From an uncultured Verrucomicrobiae bacterium (lineage in GTDB: Bacteria; Verrucomicrobiota; Verrucomicrobiia; Chthoniobacterales; UBA10450), in assembly GCA_963735805.1 (NCBI GenBank), contig CAVTMK010000001.1:32001-96000 (forward strand): 64,000 nucleotides of DNA, read 5' to 3'. This document shows positions 18,984 to 27,934 of the stretch, in pieces (the stretch's first letter is position 1; each line of letters starts with the position of its first letter). The notes under the pieces were generated by a model that was not told the DNA's origin, made no database searches, and worked only from the letters and a program-made list of their open reading frames with translations. A program made the position numbers and the translations under genes.

Positions 18984-20171
18984 TCACGAATCCTGCGGCT
19001 TGGGATTCAGCTGCGGCTTCGGGGCCAAATCGTTATTGATCACCACTGGCATTCCGTTGCGAAGCTTGAACACTCCAGTGCTGACGACCGTTTCCCCTGG
19101 CTTCAATCCTTCCGTCACGGCAACGAAATCTCCGCGCGCTTCACCGATTCGCACGAAAGCCTGCCGTAACGACTGCGACTCTTTGCCAGTCTTTGGATCT
19201 TTCTTATTCTCGATCACGAAAACAGAATTACCATACGGAGCGTAGGAAACAGCGCTGCCCGGAATTACAAGTGTTTTGCTTTTCTGCGGCAAAACGACGT
19301 CCACTTTGACGAACATCCCCGGATGTAACGCATGATCCGGATTTTCCAGAGTCGCCTGAACGCTGACATTACGGGTCACCGCATCAACCATGGAATTGAT
19401 GGCGGTCACGTTGCCTTTAAACTCGCGGCCGGGTAGCGCGTCGGCATGAACATCTGTTTCGTATCCGGTGGCGAGCAGTGGAAGGTTTTGCTGTGGCAAT
19501 GCAAAATCGACATAGACTGGGTCGAGCGCGGTCAGCTGTACCACTTGTTGGCCCGAGTTGATCATTTGCCCGACGTTCACCTGGCGAATCCCGAGTTGCC
19601 CATCAAACGGCGCGATAATCGTCTTCTTGCGAATATTAGAGTTCATCTGATCGACGACCGCGTTCAGCCTGTTGAATTTCGATTCGGCGGCGTCGAGTTC
19701 AGCCTTCGAGACCACCTTGTTCGAAGCAAGGTCGCGAGTTCGCTCCAAGTCCTGGCGTGCCAGCTCAGCTTCAGCTTCCGACGATCGCAAAAGTGCTTCT
19801 TCAGCCGACGTATCCAGTTGAACCAACAAGTCCCCTTTTTTGGCGGTGCCTCCGTTTTCAAACGCGATTTTGCCGACGACTCCGCCCAGCTCGGTGGAAA
19901 CTACCGCGCCCTGAACAGCTGAAACCGATCCGATAGCTGACAGCGTCGGCGACCAATCCTCTTCCGTCGCGACTGCACTCGACACGGTGGTCGGCGGCAT
20001 CACCATCGGCGTGCTCATCATCTTGCCGATTTGCAGAACTTTTATCCCGAAAACAAAGGCTCCAATCGCAATGAGCAGACATATCGCAAGGACAACACTC
20101 CGCCAGCGACGCCGCGGCCTTGCGGTCGAGCGTACTGGAACGGTTGAAACAGTCTTTGCCACATCATGCAT
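18984..20171 (-). CDS. RND periplasmic adaptor (MexH/MexV-like membrane fusion protein)
   Basis: N-terminal TM, IIAPFDGQLGIRQVNVGQ, LHPGMFV, GLKPGETVV. Confidence 0.92.
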   Translation of the reverse strand: MHDVAKTVSTVPVRSTARPRRRWRSVVLAICLLIAIGAFVFGIKVLQIGKMMSTPMVMPPTTVSSAVATEEDWSPTLSAIGSVSAVQGAVVSTELGGVVGKIAFENGGTAKKGDLLVQLDTSAEEALLRSSEAEAELARQDLERTRDLASNKVVSKAELDAAESKFNRLNAVVDQMNSNIRKKTIIAPFDGQLGIRQVNVGQMINSGQQVVQLTALDPVYVDFALPQQNLPLLATGYETDVHADALPGREFKGNVTAINSMVDAVTRNVSVQATLENPDHALHPGMFVKVDVVLPQKSKTLVIPGSAVSYAPYGNSVFVIENKKDPKTGKESQSLRQAFVRIGEARGDFVAVTEGLKPGETVVSTGVFKLRNGMPVVINNDLAPKPQLNPKPQDS

Positions 20172-20796
20172 AAGCGAGGTCTCCCTCCGGTTTGAATAAC
20201 AACCGCCAAAGTCTGCGTGTTACTTCCAATTGCCGCGTGCGCCGCTCTGCCGCAGTCATTTCGTGTGGCCGCAAGACATCCAGCATCAACATTCCACGCG
20301 CGACGGCAAAAATTAGTTCCGCCAGGTCGTTCGGCATTAGACTGTTCCCTGTATTTTGCACTTCCGGAGCGCGAGCAATCAAATCTCTTACTCCATTCAT
20401 CGCCGTTTCTAAAACATCGCGGACCAAATCAGCCACATGCGAATTTCGTGATGCTTCAGCGTAAAGATCCACGACGAACGCGGAGACCAGTCGCGGCTCA
20501 TTTTCGCAGCAATGTGCGGTGAACAAAATTTCCAATGATTCGAGGAGGGTCGGCGCCTGGCGAGCGCGTTCAAGCATCTGCTGAATTTCTTCCTTGTGTC
20601 TGGCAGCCATTGCGGAAATCACCGCTTCCTTGTTCTCGAAATAGCGATAAATCAGACCGACGCTGATCCCCGCCTCGCCGCTGATATCGTGCATACTGGT
20701 TTGGTGAAACCCGCGCTTTGCAAAGCAGACCAAGGCGGCGTCAAGGATCTGGGAACGCCGATCGCCATTGGAAGAGTCTATCTGGGGTTGAGACAT
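20164..20796 (-). CDS. TetR-family regulator
   Basis: RRSQILDAALVCFAKRGFHQTSMHDISGEAGISVGLIYRYFENKE helix-turn-helix; start set at MSQPQ, downstream of the operator. Confidence 0.92.
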   Translation of the reverse strand: MSQPQIDSSNGDRRSQILDAALVCFAKRGFHQTSMHDISGEAGISVGLIYRYFENKEAVISAMAARHKEEIQQMLERARQAPTLLESLEILFTAHCCENEPRLVSAFVVDLYAEASRNSHVADLVRDVLETAMNGVRDLIARAPEVQNTGNSLMPNDLAELIFAVARGMLMLDVLRPHEMTAAERRTRQLEVTRRLWRLLFKPEGDLAYA

Positions 20797-20801
20797 AGGC
20801 C

Positions 20802-20833
20802 GGGAAGATGAATGAACGTTCATTCATTGTCAA
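20802..20833 (-). promoter_or_regulatory. Sigma70 promoter TTGACA-N17-CATCTT overlapping a 20-bp TetR operator
   Basis: Perfect palindrome ATGAATGAACGTTCATTCAT (20808-20827) fills the spacer. Confidence 0.8.
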
Positions 20834-20932
20834 ATACCTTTACGAAAGCCGGCTCAAACGGAATGCTTCTGTTCTCGCATCCAAGGCAGCTTGGAGCCGA
20901 AGATCCAGCGACTTCAAGGCCGGTCGTCCAGA

Positions 20933-21139
20933 TCAATTGCTAACTAGCTTCTCCGAGACACACGAAATTTCGTATGCCTGTGAGGTCAGCGTCGCCGGCA
21001 ACCGATTTGGTTGTTGAACAAACTGCAGAATCGACAGGATTACGCTCAAACCCAGCAGCGCGTAAACCGCCGTTTCCATGATGCCTCGACCCTTCTCCTC
21101 TGACTGAACCAGCAATGCGTAAGTGGTGTCGTTGTTCAT
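20933..21139 (-). CDS. Small single-TM hypothetical protein (68 aa)
   Basis: AAAGG RBS, hydrophobic segment AVYALLGLSVILSILQFV, upstream ECF-like promoter. Confidence 0.65.
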   Translation of the reverse strand: MNNDTTYALLVQSEEKGRGIMETAVYALLGLSVILSILQFVQQPNRLPATLTSQAYEISCVSEKLVSN

Positions 21140-21225
21140 ATGCCTTTGAATCCTTTCTTTAAAGACGCCAGCCGTTTCCGCTTTTGTCTAAAGTTTGTTG
21201 ATCGTTCATGATTGCTTTGAACGTT

Positions 21226-21255
21226 GGATGCGGTGTCGACATGAATTGGATTCAA
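21226..21255 (-). promoter_or_regulatory. Putative ECF promoter TTGAATCCAA-N14-GCATCC
   Basis: Identical boxes and spacing to 57388-57417 upstream of the ECF operon. Confidence 0.7.
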
Positions 21256-21260
21256 ACATT

Positions 21261-21362
21261 TGTCATGTTGAGCGGAGCGAAACATCTCAGATTGCTAATG
21301 AACGCGCTGTTGGATGAGATAATCAGAGATTCTTCTCCCGCGGCTGCGGGATCAGAATGACA
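21261..21362. repeat. REP-like palindrome, TGTCAT..GAGCGAAGCGA family
   Basis: Arms TGTCATGTTGAGCGGAGCGAAACATCT and AGATTCTTC...CAGAATGACA. Confidence 0.75.
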
Positions 21363-21373
21363 GGAAGGGGCTC

Positions 21374-22408
21374 ATGAAGCCATTGGACATTAACCCTCGA
21401 TTAAGCCGCGATTTTCCTCGGGAAGCGCGCTATCTCATTGGCGTTTCCGGCGGACGGGATTCCGTCGCGCTTCTGCACTGGCTGCTTCATATCGGCTACA
21501 AGAACCTCGTGGTTTGTCATCTGAATCACCAGTTACGTGGCCGATCCAGCGATACCGATGCGCGCTTTGTCCGAAGGCTGGTCGAGCGTTACAACCAGGA
21601 ATTTGTAGGGCAGGCGCCCCGCCTGCCGGATTCCCGGACCCGCAAGCCAAGCGCTCGCCCTACAACACGAAGGTCAGATCTCCATTTTGAGCTCAAGTCC
21701 ACGGACGTTCGCGCCCTGTCCACAAAACAAAAGATGTCGATTGAAACAGCAGCGCGCGAAGCCCGGTACGAATTTTTTGCTGAAACCGCACGATACCGAA
21801 ATTGCAAAACGATTTTTCTTGGGCATCACGCCGATGACCTCGTCGAAACCTTTTTAATCAATCTCTTTCGCGGAGCAGGGACTACAGGTCTCAGCGGCGT
21901 GCGCGAGATTTCAACACGTCGGATCGGCGATGTTGATCTCACCATTGTGCGGCCGCTTCTCGGTCTCTGGCGCAAGGAGATCGATAGCTATGTGCGCGAG
22001 CATCGGATCACATTTCGCGAGGACGCATCGAACAAAAATCTCAATCCGCTCCGCAATCGCATTCGTCATCGTATCATTCCTTACCTGGAGAAAACCTTTG
22101 GCCGAAACATTCGGCCTGCGATTTGGCGGGCTGCTGCAATCGCCGCCGAAGAAGAAGATTGGATCGACCGTCAACTCCCCGATTCGACCAATGTTGAACT
22201 TTCAGTCATAAAACTTCATGCGCTGCCGGTCGCACTCCAGCGTCGGGCGATTCTGAAATGGCTACGTGCAAAAAAAGTTTCCGAAGTTGGTTTCGACGTA
22301 ATTGAACGTGTGCGCTCATTGATCAATCAGAATGCACGGGTTGCAAAGGTTAATCTGGCACGAAACCGATACGCCCGTCGTCGCGCGGGCAAGATTTTTC
22401 TGGAGTAA
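21374..22408 (+). CDS. tilS: tRNA(Ile)-lysidine synthetase
   Basis: SGGRDS PP-loop, HLNHQLRG, ETAAREARY, GHHADD, RNRIRH. Confidence 0.95.
   Translation: MKPLDINPRLSRDFPREARYLIGVSGGRDSVALLHWLLHIGYKNLVVCHLNHQLRGRSSDTDARFVRRLVERYNQEFVGQAPRLPDSRTRKPSARPTTRRSDLHFELKSTDVRALSTKQKMSIETAAREARYEFFAETARYRNCKTIFLGHHADDLVETFLINLFRGAGTTGLSGVREISTRRIGDVDLTIVRPLLGLWRKEIDSYVREHRITFREDASNKNLNPLRNRIRHRIIPYLEKTFGRNIRPAIWRAAAIAAEEEDWIDRQLPDSTNVELSVIKLHALPVALQRRAILKWLRAKKVSEVGFDVIERVRSLINQNARVAKVNLARNRYARRRAGKIFLE
21603..21665. repeat. 63-bp GTAG-type palindromic element in frame within tilS
   Basis: Terminal inverted repeats TTGTAGGGC/GCCCTACAA; arms match intergenic copies at 23839-23920. Confidence 0.8.
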
Positions 22409-22424
22409 CACCTCCCCTATAAAT

Positions 22425-22502
22425 CGTCATCCCGGGCAAAGCGAGGGACCTCACAACATTATCGAGGATTTGCGAGATCCTTCGCTTTCGCTCAGGATGG
22501 CA
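22425..22502. repeat. REP-like palindrome, GTCAT family
   Basis: CGTCATCCCGGGCAAAGCGAGGGACCTC ... GAGATCCTTCGCTTTCGCTCAGGATGGCA. Confidence 0.75.
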
Positions 22503-22507
22503 ATTGA

Positions 22508-23833
22508 ATGAGCTCTGACATCCGCGTTCGTTTTGCCCCCTCGCCTACGGGCTATCTGCACATCGGCGGGGCGCGCACAGCGCTTTTCAACTGGCTCTTT
22601 GCGCAACATCACGGTGGGAAATTCGTTCTGCGAATTGAAGACACCGACCTGAAGCGAAACACTGAAGAAGCGATGGCGGCCATTTATGAGGGACTGCAGT
22701 GGCTGGGCCTTAATTGGGACGAAGGTCCGCACGTCGGGGGCGAGTTCGGACCTTATTTGCAAAGTGAGCGAACGGAGCTTTACGAGCGCTATCTCAAAAG
22801 GCTTCAGGATGCTGGTCACATTTTCGAGGACCAGGGTGCCATGCGATTTCGTTCCCCGCGCGAGCACGTTGTAGTCGACGACCTCGTGTGCGGCAAAATC
22901 GATTTCGATCTCAGCAATCCAGCGACACATCCCGACATGACAATCCGTCGTCCGGATGGCTCGTGGATTTTTCACTTCGTCAATGTGATCGACGATCTGG
23001 AGATGAAAATCTCGCATGTGATCCGCGGTGAAGATCACCTCTCTAACACGCCCAAGCACATTGAGCTCATTCGCGCGCTGGGGGCAACGCCGCCGCAATA
23101 CGCACATATTCCACTTATCTTAAACCGCGACGGATCGAAGATGAGCAAACGCGACGAAGGCGCCCGCGTCGAGTACTACATGCGCCGCGGCTATCTACCG
23201 GCGGCGGTGCGCAACTATTTGTGTCTGCTCGGCTGGTCGCCCAAGGACAACCGCGAGAAAATCGATATCGACGAAATCATTCGGATTTTCGAACTTAAAA
23301 ACATCGGGCGTAGCTCGGCGACTTTCGATCCCGACAAACTCCATTGGTTAAATGGCGAATACGCACGCGAATTGAGCGACTCTGAATTTTACGATCTCGC
23401 ATTTGCGAAGCTGAAGTCCAGCGGTGTGAAGCTTGATGATTTTCCGGAGAAATACGTCCACGACGCGCTGCAAACGTGTAAAGGCAAGATCAATACCTTT
23501 GATGAGCTGCCCGCGTATTGCGGATTCTATTTCGCAGACGATTTCGAATACGAACCCGAAGGAGTGGTCAAGCATTTCACCCCTGAGAACAAACCCAGAC
23601 TTGAGGCTGTACGGGACGCGCTAACCGCTCTGAAGAAGTTCGATGTCGCCGAAATCGAAGCGACATTGAAAAGCACGGCCGCAAACTTAGGCGTGAAGGT
23701 CGGCGCGATCGTCCATCCAACTCGACTCGCTGTTACTGGCAGCAACGTGGGACCAAGTCTTTATCATTTGATCGAGGTTCTCGGAAAAGAAAAGGTCATG
23801 GCACGCATCGATCGCGCGCTGTCCACGTTTTAA
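22508..23833 (+). CDS. gltX: Glutamyl-tRNA synthetase
   Basis: RFAPSPTGYLHIGG, LRIEDTD, IRGEDH, KMSKR. Confidence 0.95.
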   Translation: MSSDIRVRFAPSPTGYLHIGGARTALFNWLFAQHHGGKFVLRIEDTDLKRNTEEAMAAIYEGLQWLGLNWDEGPHVGGEFGPYLQSERTELYERYLKRLQDAGHIFEDQGAMRFRSPREHVVVDDLVCGKIDFDLSNPATHPDMTIRRPDGSWIFHFVNVIDDLEMKISHVIRGEDHLSNTPKHIELIRALGATPPQYAHIPLILNRDGSKMSKRDEGARVEYYMRRGYLPAAVRNYLCLLGWSPKDNREKIDIDEIIRIFELKNIGRSSATFDPDKLHWLNGEYARELSDSEFYDLAFAKLKSSGVKLDDFPEKYVHDALQTCKGKINTFDELPAYCGFYFADDFEYEPEGVVKHFTPENKPRLEAVRDALTALKKFDVAEIEATLKSTAANLGVKVGAIVHPTRLAVTGSNVGPSLYHLIEVLGKEKVMARIDRALSTF

Positions 23834-23838
23834 CACTT

Positions 23839-23920
23839 GGCAAGCGACGCGCTTGCCCTACAATGGACATTCACACCCCAGATGCATATTCGGCGTTGTC
23901 GGGCAGGCGGTCCGCCTGCC
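23839..23920. repeat. Pair of GTAG-type REP half-elements between convergent gltX and glnS
   Basis: GGCAAGCGACGCGCTTGCCCTACAA and TTGTCGGGCAGGCGGTCCGCCTGCC hairpins. Confidence 0.75.
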
Positions 23921-23927
23921 AGGCTTA

Positions 23928-25604
23928 TCAAAATCGCTTCGCCGCCTTTGCCCATGTGTCCCTTAAAGTAATCGTCCGGTTCCACACCTGTCTTTCACCC
24001 GTAGAATCCGGATCGAGAGCAAAATAGCCAAGCCGCTCAAATTGATAGCGCTCCTCCGGATCCGCTTTCGTAAGAGCCGGTTCGCATTTCGCCGTCACCA
24101 CTTCCAGTGAGTTCGAGTTAGTTAAAGACTTGAAATCTCCACCAGAGTCCGGTTCGGCGACACTAAACAGACGATCATACAATCGAACCTCTGCATTGAT
24201 CGCCTGCGCCGCGCTGACCCAATGTATCGTCCCTTTTACCTTGCGGCCAGCAGTTGGCCCGCCTGATTTGCTATCCAGATCAACTGTGCACCGGAGCTCA
24301 GTCACGTTACCGTCCGCATCCTTCACGACCTCGTCACACTTGATGATGTACGCGTATTTTAAACGCACGTCGCCGCCCGGTCGCAGCCGAAAATATTTCG
24401 AAGGCGGCGTTTCCATGAAATCGTCGCGCTCAATGTAAAGCTCGCGACTGAACGGAATCTTGCGCGTTCCGGCACTTGGATCTTCGGGATTGTTGACTGC
24501 ATCTAGCTCTTCGATTTTTCCGTCCGGATAATTCGTCAATACGACCTTGATCGGCCGCAGCACAGCGAGTCGTCGGATAGCAGTGCGATTGAATTCGTCA
24601 CGGATCGTGTGTTCCAGCACAGCCATATCGGTCATGCTTGGGTATTTCGTGATGCCGACATTGTAGGCAAACGTGCGCAAGGCGCTCGCGGTCACCCCGC
24701 GTCGTCGCAATCCGGAGATCGTAAGCATGCGTGGATCGTCCCATCCACTAACAAGCTTTTCGTTCACAAGCTGGATCAGTTTACGCTTGCTCATTACCGA
24801 GTAGGTGAGGTTAAGCCGCGCAAATTCATATTGATGCGGCCGCGGCTCCGGAAATTCCAGCGCGTCCAGAATCCAATCATAGAGCGGTCGATGCACCTCG
24901 AACTCCAGAGTGCAAACAGAGTGCGTGATACCCTCAATGTAATCGCTGAGCGTGTGGGCCCAGTCGTACATCGGATAAATGCACCATTTATCTCCGGTGC
25001 GATGATGTGACGCGTGCCGGATGCGATAGAGAACCGGATCACGCAGCCAAACGTTCGCAGCGTTCACGTCGATCTTTGCCCGCAATGTGCGCGCCCCGTC
25101 GGCAAACTCGCCTGCCTTCATCCGAGCAAAAAGATCGAGGTTTTCCTCGATCGAGCGATCACGAGAGCTACTTGCCTTTCCGAGGCGGCGATACGCGTCC
25201 GTTTCCTCAGGAGTCATGTCGCAAACGTATGCTTTGCCCTTGCGTATGAGATCGACTGCATACGCGTAGAACCGGTCGAAATAGTCCGAAGCATAAAACG
25301 GCGCGCCACCGACGTCCTTGTCGGCCCAGCCAGCGATCAACCAATTCACGTCAGTCATGATTGACTCGACGTACTCCGCTTCCTCCTTTATCGGGTTGGT
25401 ATCGTCCATGCGGACGTTACAAATGCCCCCGAACTCGCGGGCGATCCCAAAGTTCAGGCAAATCGATTTCGCGTGGCCGATATGCAGATAGCCGTTAGGC
25501 TCGGGTGGAAAGCGCGTGCAGATCTGTTTGTATTTGCCCGCGCGAAGATCGCCCGCGACGATATCGCGAATAAAATCCGAAGGCCTTTCAGTTTCAGTGG
25601 TCAT
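23928..25604 (-). CDS. glnS: Glutaminyl-tRNA synthetase
   Basis: TRFPPEPNGYLHIGHAK, THSVCTLEF, MSKRKL, GWDDPR, QFERLGYF. Confidence 0.96.
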   Translation of the reverse strand: MTTETERPSDFIRDIVAGDLRAGKYKQICTRFPPEPNGYLHIGHAKSICLNFGIAREFGGICNVRMDDTNPIKEEAEYVESIMTDVNWLIAGWADKDVGGAPFYASDYFDRFYAYAVDLIRKGKAYVCDMTPEETDAYRRLGKASSSRDRSIEENLDLFARMKAGEFADGARTLRAKIDVNAANVWLRDPVLYRIRHASHHRTGDKWCIYPMYDWAHTLSDYIEGITHSVCTLEFEVHRPLYDWILDALEFPEPRPHQYEFARLNLTYSVMSKRKLIQLVNEKLVSGWDDPRMLTISGLRRRGVTASALRTFAYNVGITKYPSMTDMAVLEHTIRDEFNRTAIRRLAVLRPIKVVLTNYPDGKIEELDAVNNPEDPSAGTRKIPFSRELYIERDDFMETPPSKYFRLRPGGDVRLKYAYIIKCDEVVKDADGNVTELRCTVDLDSKSGGPTAGRKVKGTIHWVSAAQAINAEVRLYDRLFSVAEPDSGGDFKSLTNSNSLEVVTAKCEPALTKADPEERYQFERLGYFALDPDSTGERQVWNRTITLRDTWAKAAKRF

Positions 25605-25686
25605 TATAACGAACAAAGCTATCGGCGAACGCTCACATCCACAACTTTCACGCGGAATGTCCCCACGCTAAACTGCCAACCAAGCG

Positions 25687-25796
25687 TGTTATGCTGAGCG
25701 AAGCGAAGCACCCTCCATACAAAGCTTGGATCACATTAAGAATTTGAGAATCTTCAACGTTTTTGTGCAGGGTCCCTCGCTTCGCTCCGGCTGACA
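25687..25796. repeat. REP-like palindrome, GTCAT family
   Basis: TGTTATGCTGAGCGAAGCGAAGCACCC ... GGGTCCCTCGCTTCGCTCCGGCTGACA. Confidence 0.72.
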
Positions 25797-26734
25797 TGAA
25801 AAAAATGCAGAGTACTCAGACTAGCCAACGTTACACACTCGCTGATCTGGAGAAGTGGGGTGAGATCGCACAGGAAATCGATCCACCGATCCGCCTGGGT
25901 GTTTTTGGCGATCCAGTTGCGCATTCGCTTTCGCCCGAAATGCAAAACGCCGCTCTCCACGCTTGCGAGATCGATGCTCAATACGCGCGTTTCCACATCC
26001 GCCCGAATGAATTGAGATCGGCTCTGCGGTTCTTACGAAAACTGGATTTTGTGGGAGTGAACCTGACGGTTCCGCACAAAATCGCGGGCTTCGTACAGAT
26101 CGACGAGGCAGACGAATCAGCGAGGCGCATAGGCGCGGTGAACACAATTCGCCGTCGCGATAAGAAACTCGTTGGCTCGAATACCGATGGCGAAGGATTC
26201 TTGCGTGCCATCCGCAGTGAGTTCTCTGTCGATCTGCGCGATCTTCGAGTTCTGATAGTCGGCGCCGGCGGCGGAACAGGACGTGCAATCGCCTGGCAAT
26301 GCGCACTCGAGAACTGTGAACGTCTCGTGCTTGTCAATCGCACGTTGGAAAAAGCGAACGCGCTCACGGAGAGCCTGCGCCCTTTCTTTGCCGGGCCGCG
26401 TGTCCTTGGGCCCGCAGCGCGTCTTGAAGCGGCACCATGGGAAGAATCGGCAGTACGCGCGCAACTTGCAGACATCGATCTTATCGTGAATGCCACTCCG
26501 CTCGGAATGAATCTGAGCGATCACGCGCCCATCCCGGGGCGCTTGATCGCCCCGTATCACATGGTTTTCGACTGCGTATATGGGCCCTCAAAAACCGCTC
26601 TGCTCCAGGCAGCCGAACAAGCCGGCGCGCGCAGCGCAAATGGATTGTCGATGTTGCTACATCAGGGCGCACTTTCGTTTTCCATTTGGTTCGAGCGCGA
26701 GCCACCGATCGATTCCATGCGCAAAGCGCTGTAG
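25796..26734 (+). CDS. aroE: Shikimate dehydrogenase
   Basis: GDPVAHSLSP, NLTVPHK, GAVNT, NTDGEG, GAGGG, NATPLGM. Confidence 0.93.
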   Translation: MKKMQSTQTSQRYTLADLEKWGEIAQEIDPPIRLGVFGDPVAHSLSPEMQNAALHACEIDAQYARFHIRPNELRSALRFLRKLDFVGVNLTVPHKIAGFVQIDEADESARRIGAVNTIRRRDKKLVGSNTDGEGFLRAIRSEFSVDLRDLRVLIVGAGGGTGRAIAWQCALENCERLVLVNRTLEKANALTESLRPFFAGPRVLGPAARLEAAPWEESAVRAQLADIDLIVNATPLGMNLSDHAPIPGRLIAPYHMVFDCVYGPSKTALLQAAEQAGARSANGLSMLLHQGALSFSIWFEREPPIDSMRKAL

Positions 26735-26801
26735 CCGCCTCACTGCGTCCCGCAACTACACGGGGCGTTTGTAATCGCCGCCAAAACCGCCATATTAACC
26801 G

Positions 26802-27770
26802 ATGGTAAGCGCCGGTGTAAACTTTGGCAGCGCACGGCGGACTGCCGTTAATCTGGCCGAAGAATTGCAACAGCTCAAGCGCGAGCGGAACGCTGTGATT
26901 CTCGCGCATAACTACCAGGTGCCCGAGTTACAGGATGCAGCCGACTTCGTCGGCGACTCGTTAGGTTTGAGTTATCAGGCGGCGAAAACAGACGCCGATG
27001 TAATCCTGTTTTGTGGTGTGCATTTCATGGCCGAAACGGCCAAGATCATTAATCCAACCAAACGGGTGATTCTCCCCGACCTCGATGCCGGCTGTTCACT
27101 TTCCGAATCATGTCCGCCGGAAAAGCTGGCGCAGTTCCTAAAAAAGAACGCAGACAAGAATTATTACGTTATCGCTTACATCAATTGCAGCGCCGGAGTG
27201 AAGGCGTTGTCCGACGTCATTTGCACAAGCGGCAATGCCGACAAGATCGTGCGCGCTGCTCCCGCTGATCGGAATATTCTTTTCGTTCCGGACCAAAATC
27301 TCGGCGCATGGGTAATGGAACGCACGGGACGCAAGATGGATTTGTGGCAGGGCAACTGTTACATTCATGTCGAGTTCACCGCGCGCAGTATTAATCGCAT
27401 TCGCGAGCAATATCCCAATGCACCGGTCGTGGCGCATCCAGAATGCACCTATGCCGTGCGCATGCTGGCCGATGAAGTTTGTTCCACCGAAAAGATGGTA
27501 ACTTTTTGCAGAGAATCGCCGGCAGGCGAGATCATTGTCGTTACTGAAGCCGGTCTGTTGCATCGTCTGCGAAAGGAAATTCCTGACAAGACATTCATTC
27601 CTGGTCCGACAGATAACTGTTTCTGTGGCGAATGCCGGTTCATGAAGATGAACACGCTGGAAAAGGCGTACCACGCCCTGTTGAACATGGAACCGCAAAT
27701 CACCTTGCCGGAGCCATTGCGCAAGCGCGCAGAGCTACCGATTCGGCGGATGCTTGAGTTGAGCAAATAG
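26802..27770 (+). CDS. nadA: Quinolinate synthase
   Basis: ILAHNYQ, GDSLGLS, CGVHFMAETAK, AGCSL, HPEC, CRFMK. Confidence 0.96.
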   Translation: MVSAGVNFGSARRTAVNLAEELQQLKRERNAVILAHNYQVPELQDAADFVGDSLGLSYQAAKTDADVILFCGVHFMAETAKIINPTKRVILPDLDAGCSLSESCPPEKLAQFLKKNADKNYYVIAYINCSAGVKALSDVICTSGNADKIVRAAPADRNILFVPDQNLGAWVMERTGRKMDLWQGNCYIHVEFTARSINRIREQYPNAPVVAHPECTYAVRMLADEVCSTEKMVTFCRESPAGEIIVVTEAGLLHRLRKEIPDKTFIPGPTDNCFCGECRFMKMNTLEKAYHALLNMEPQITLPEPLRKRAELPIRRMLELSK

Positions 27771-27934
27771 CTGTTAGGACACGACAGCCCGCCCCGGAAA
27801 CGCTGGGTGGAGCTGCTCGCTCCGTCTTCGGCCCCTTTGCACGGGCAGGGCGCGTCCAGACGCTCCAAAGGCACGGCGATGCCAATCTCTTTTCGCTCGC
27901 CAAACTGATGGTAAATCTTGAAGACTTGACGTCT

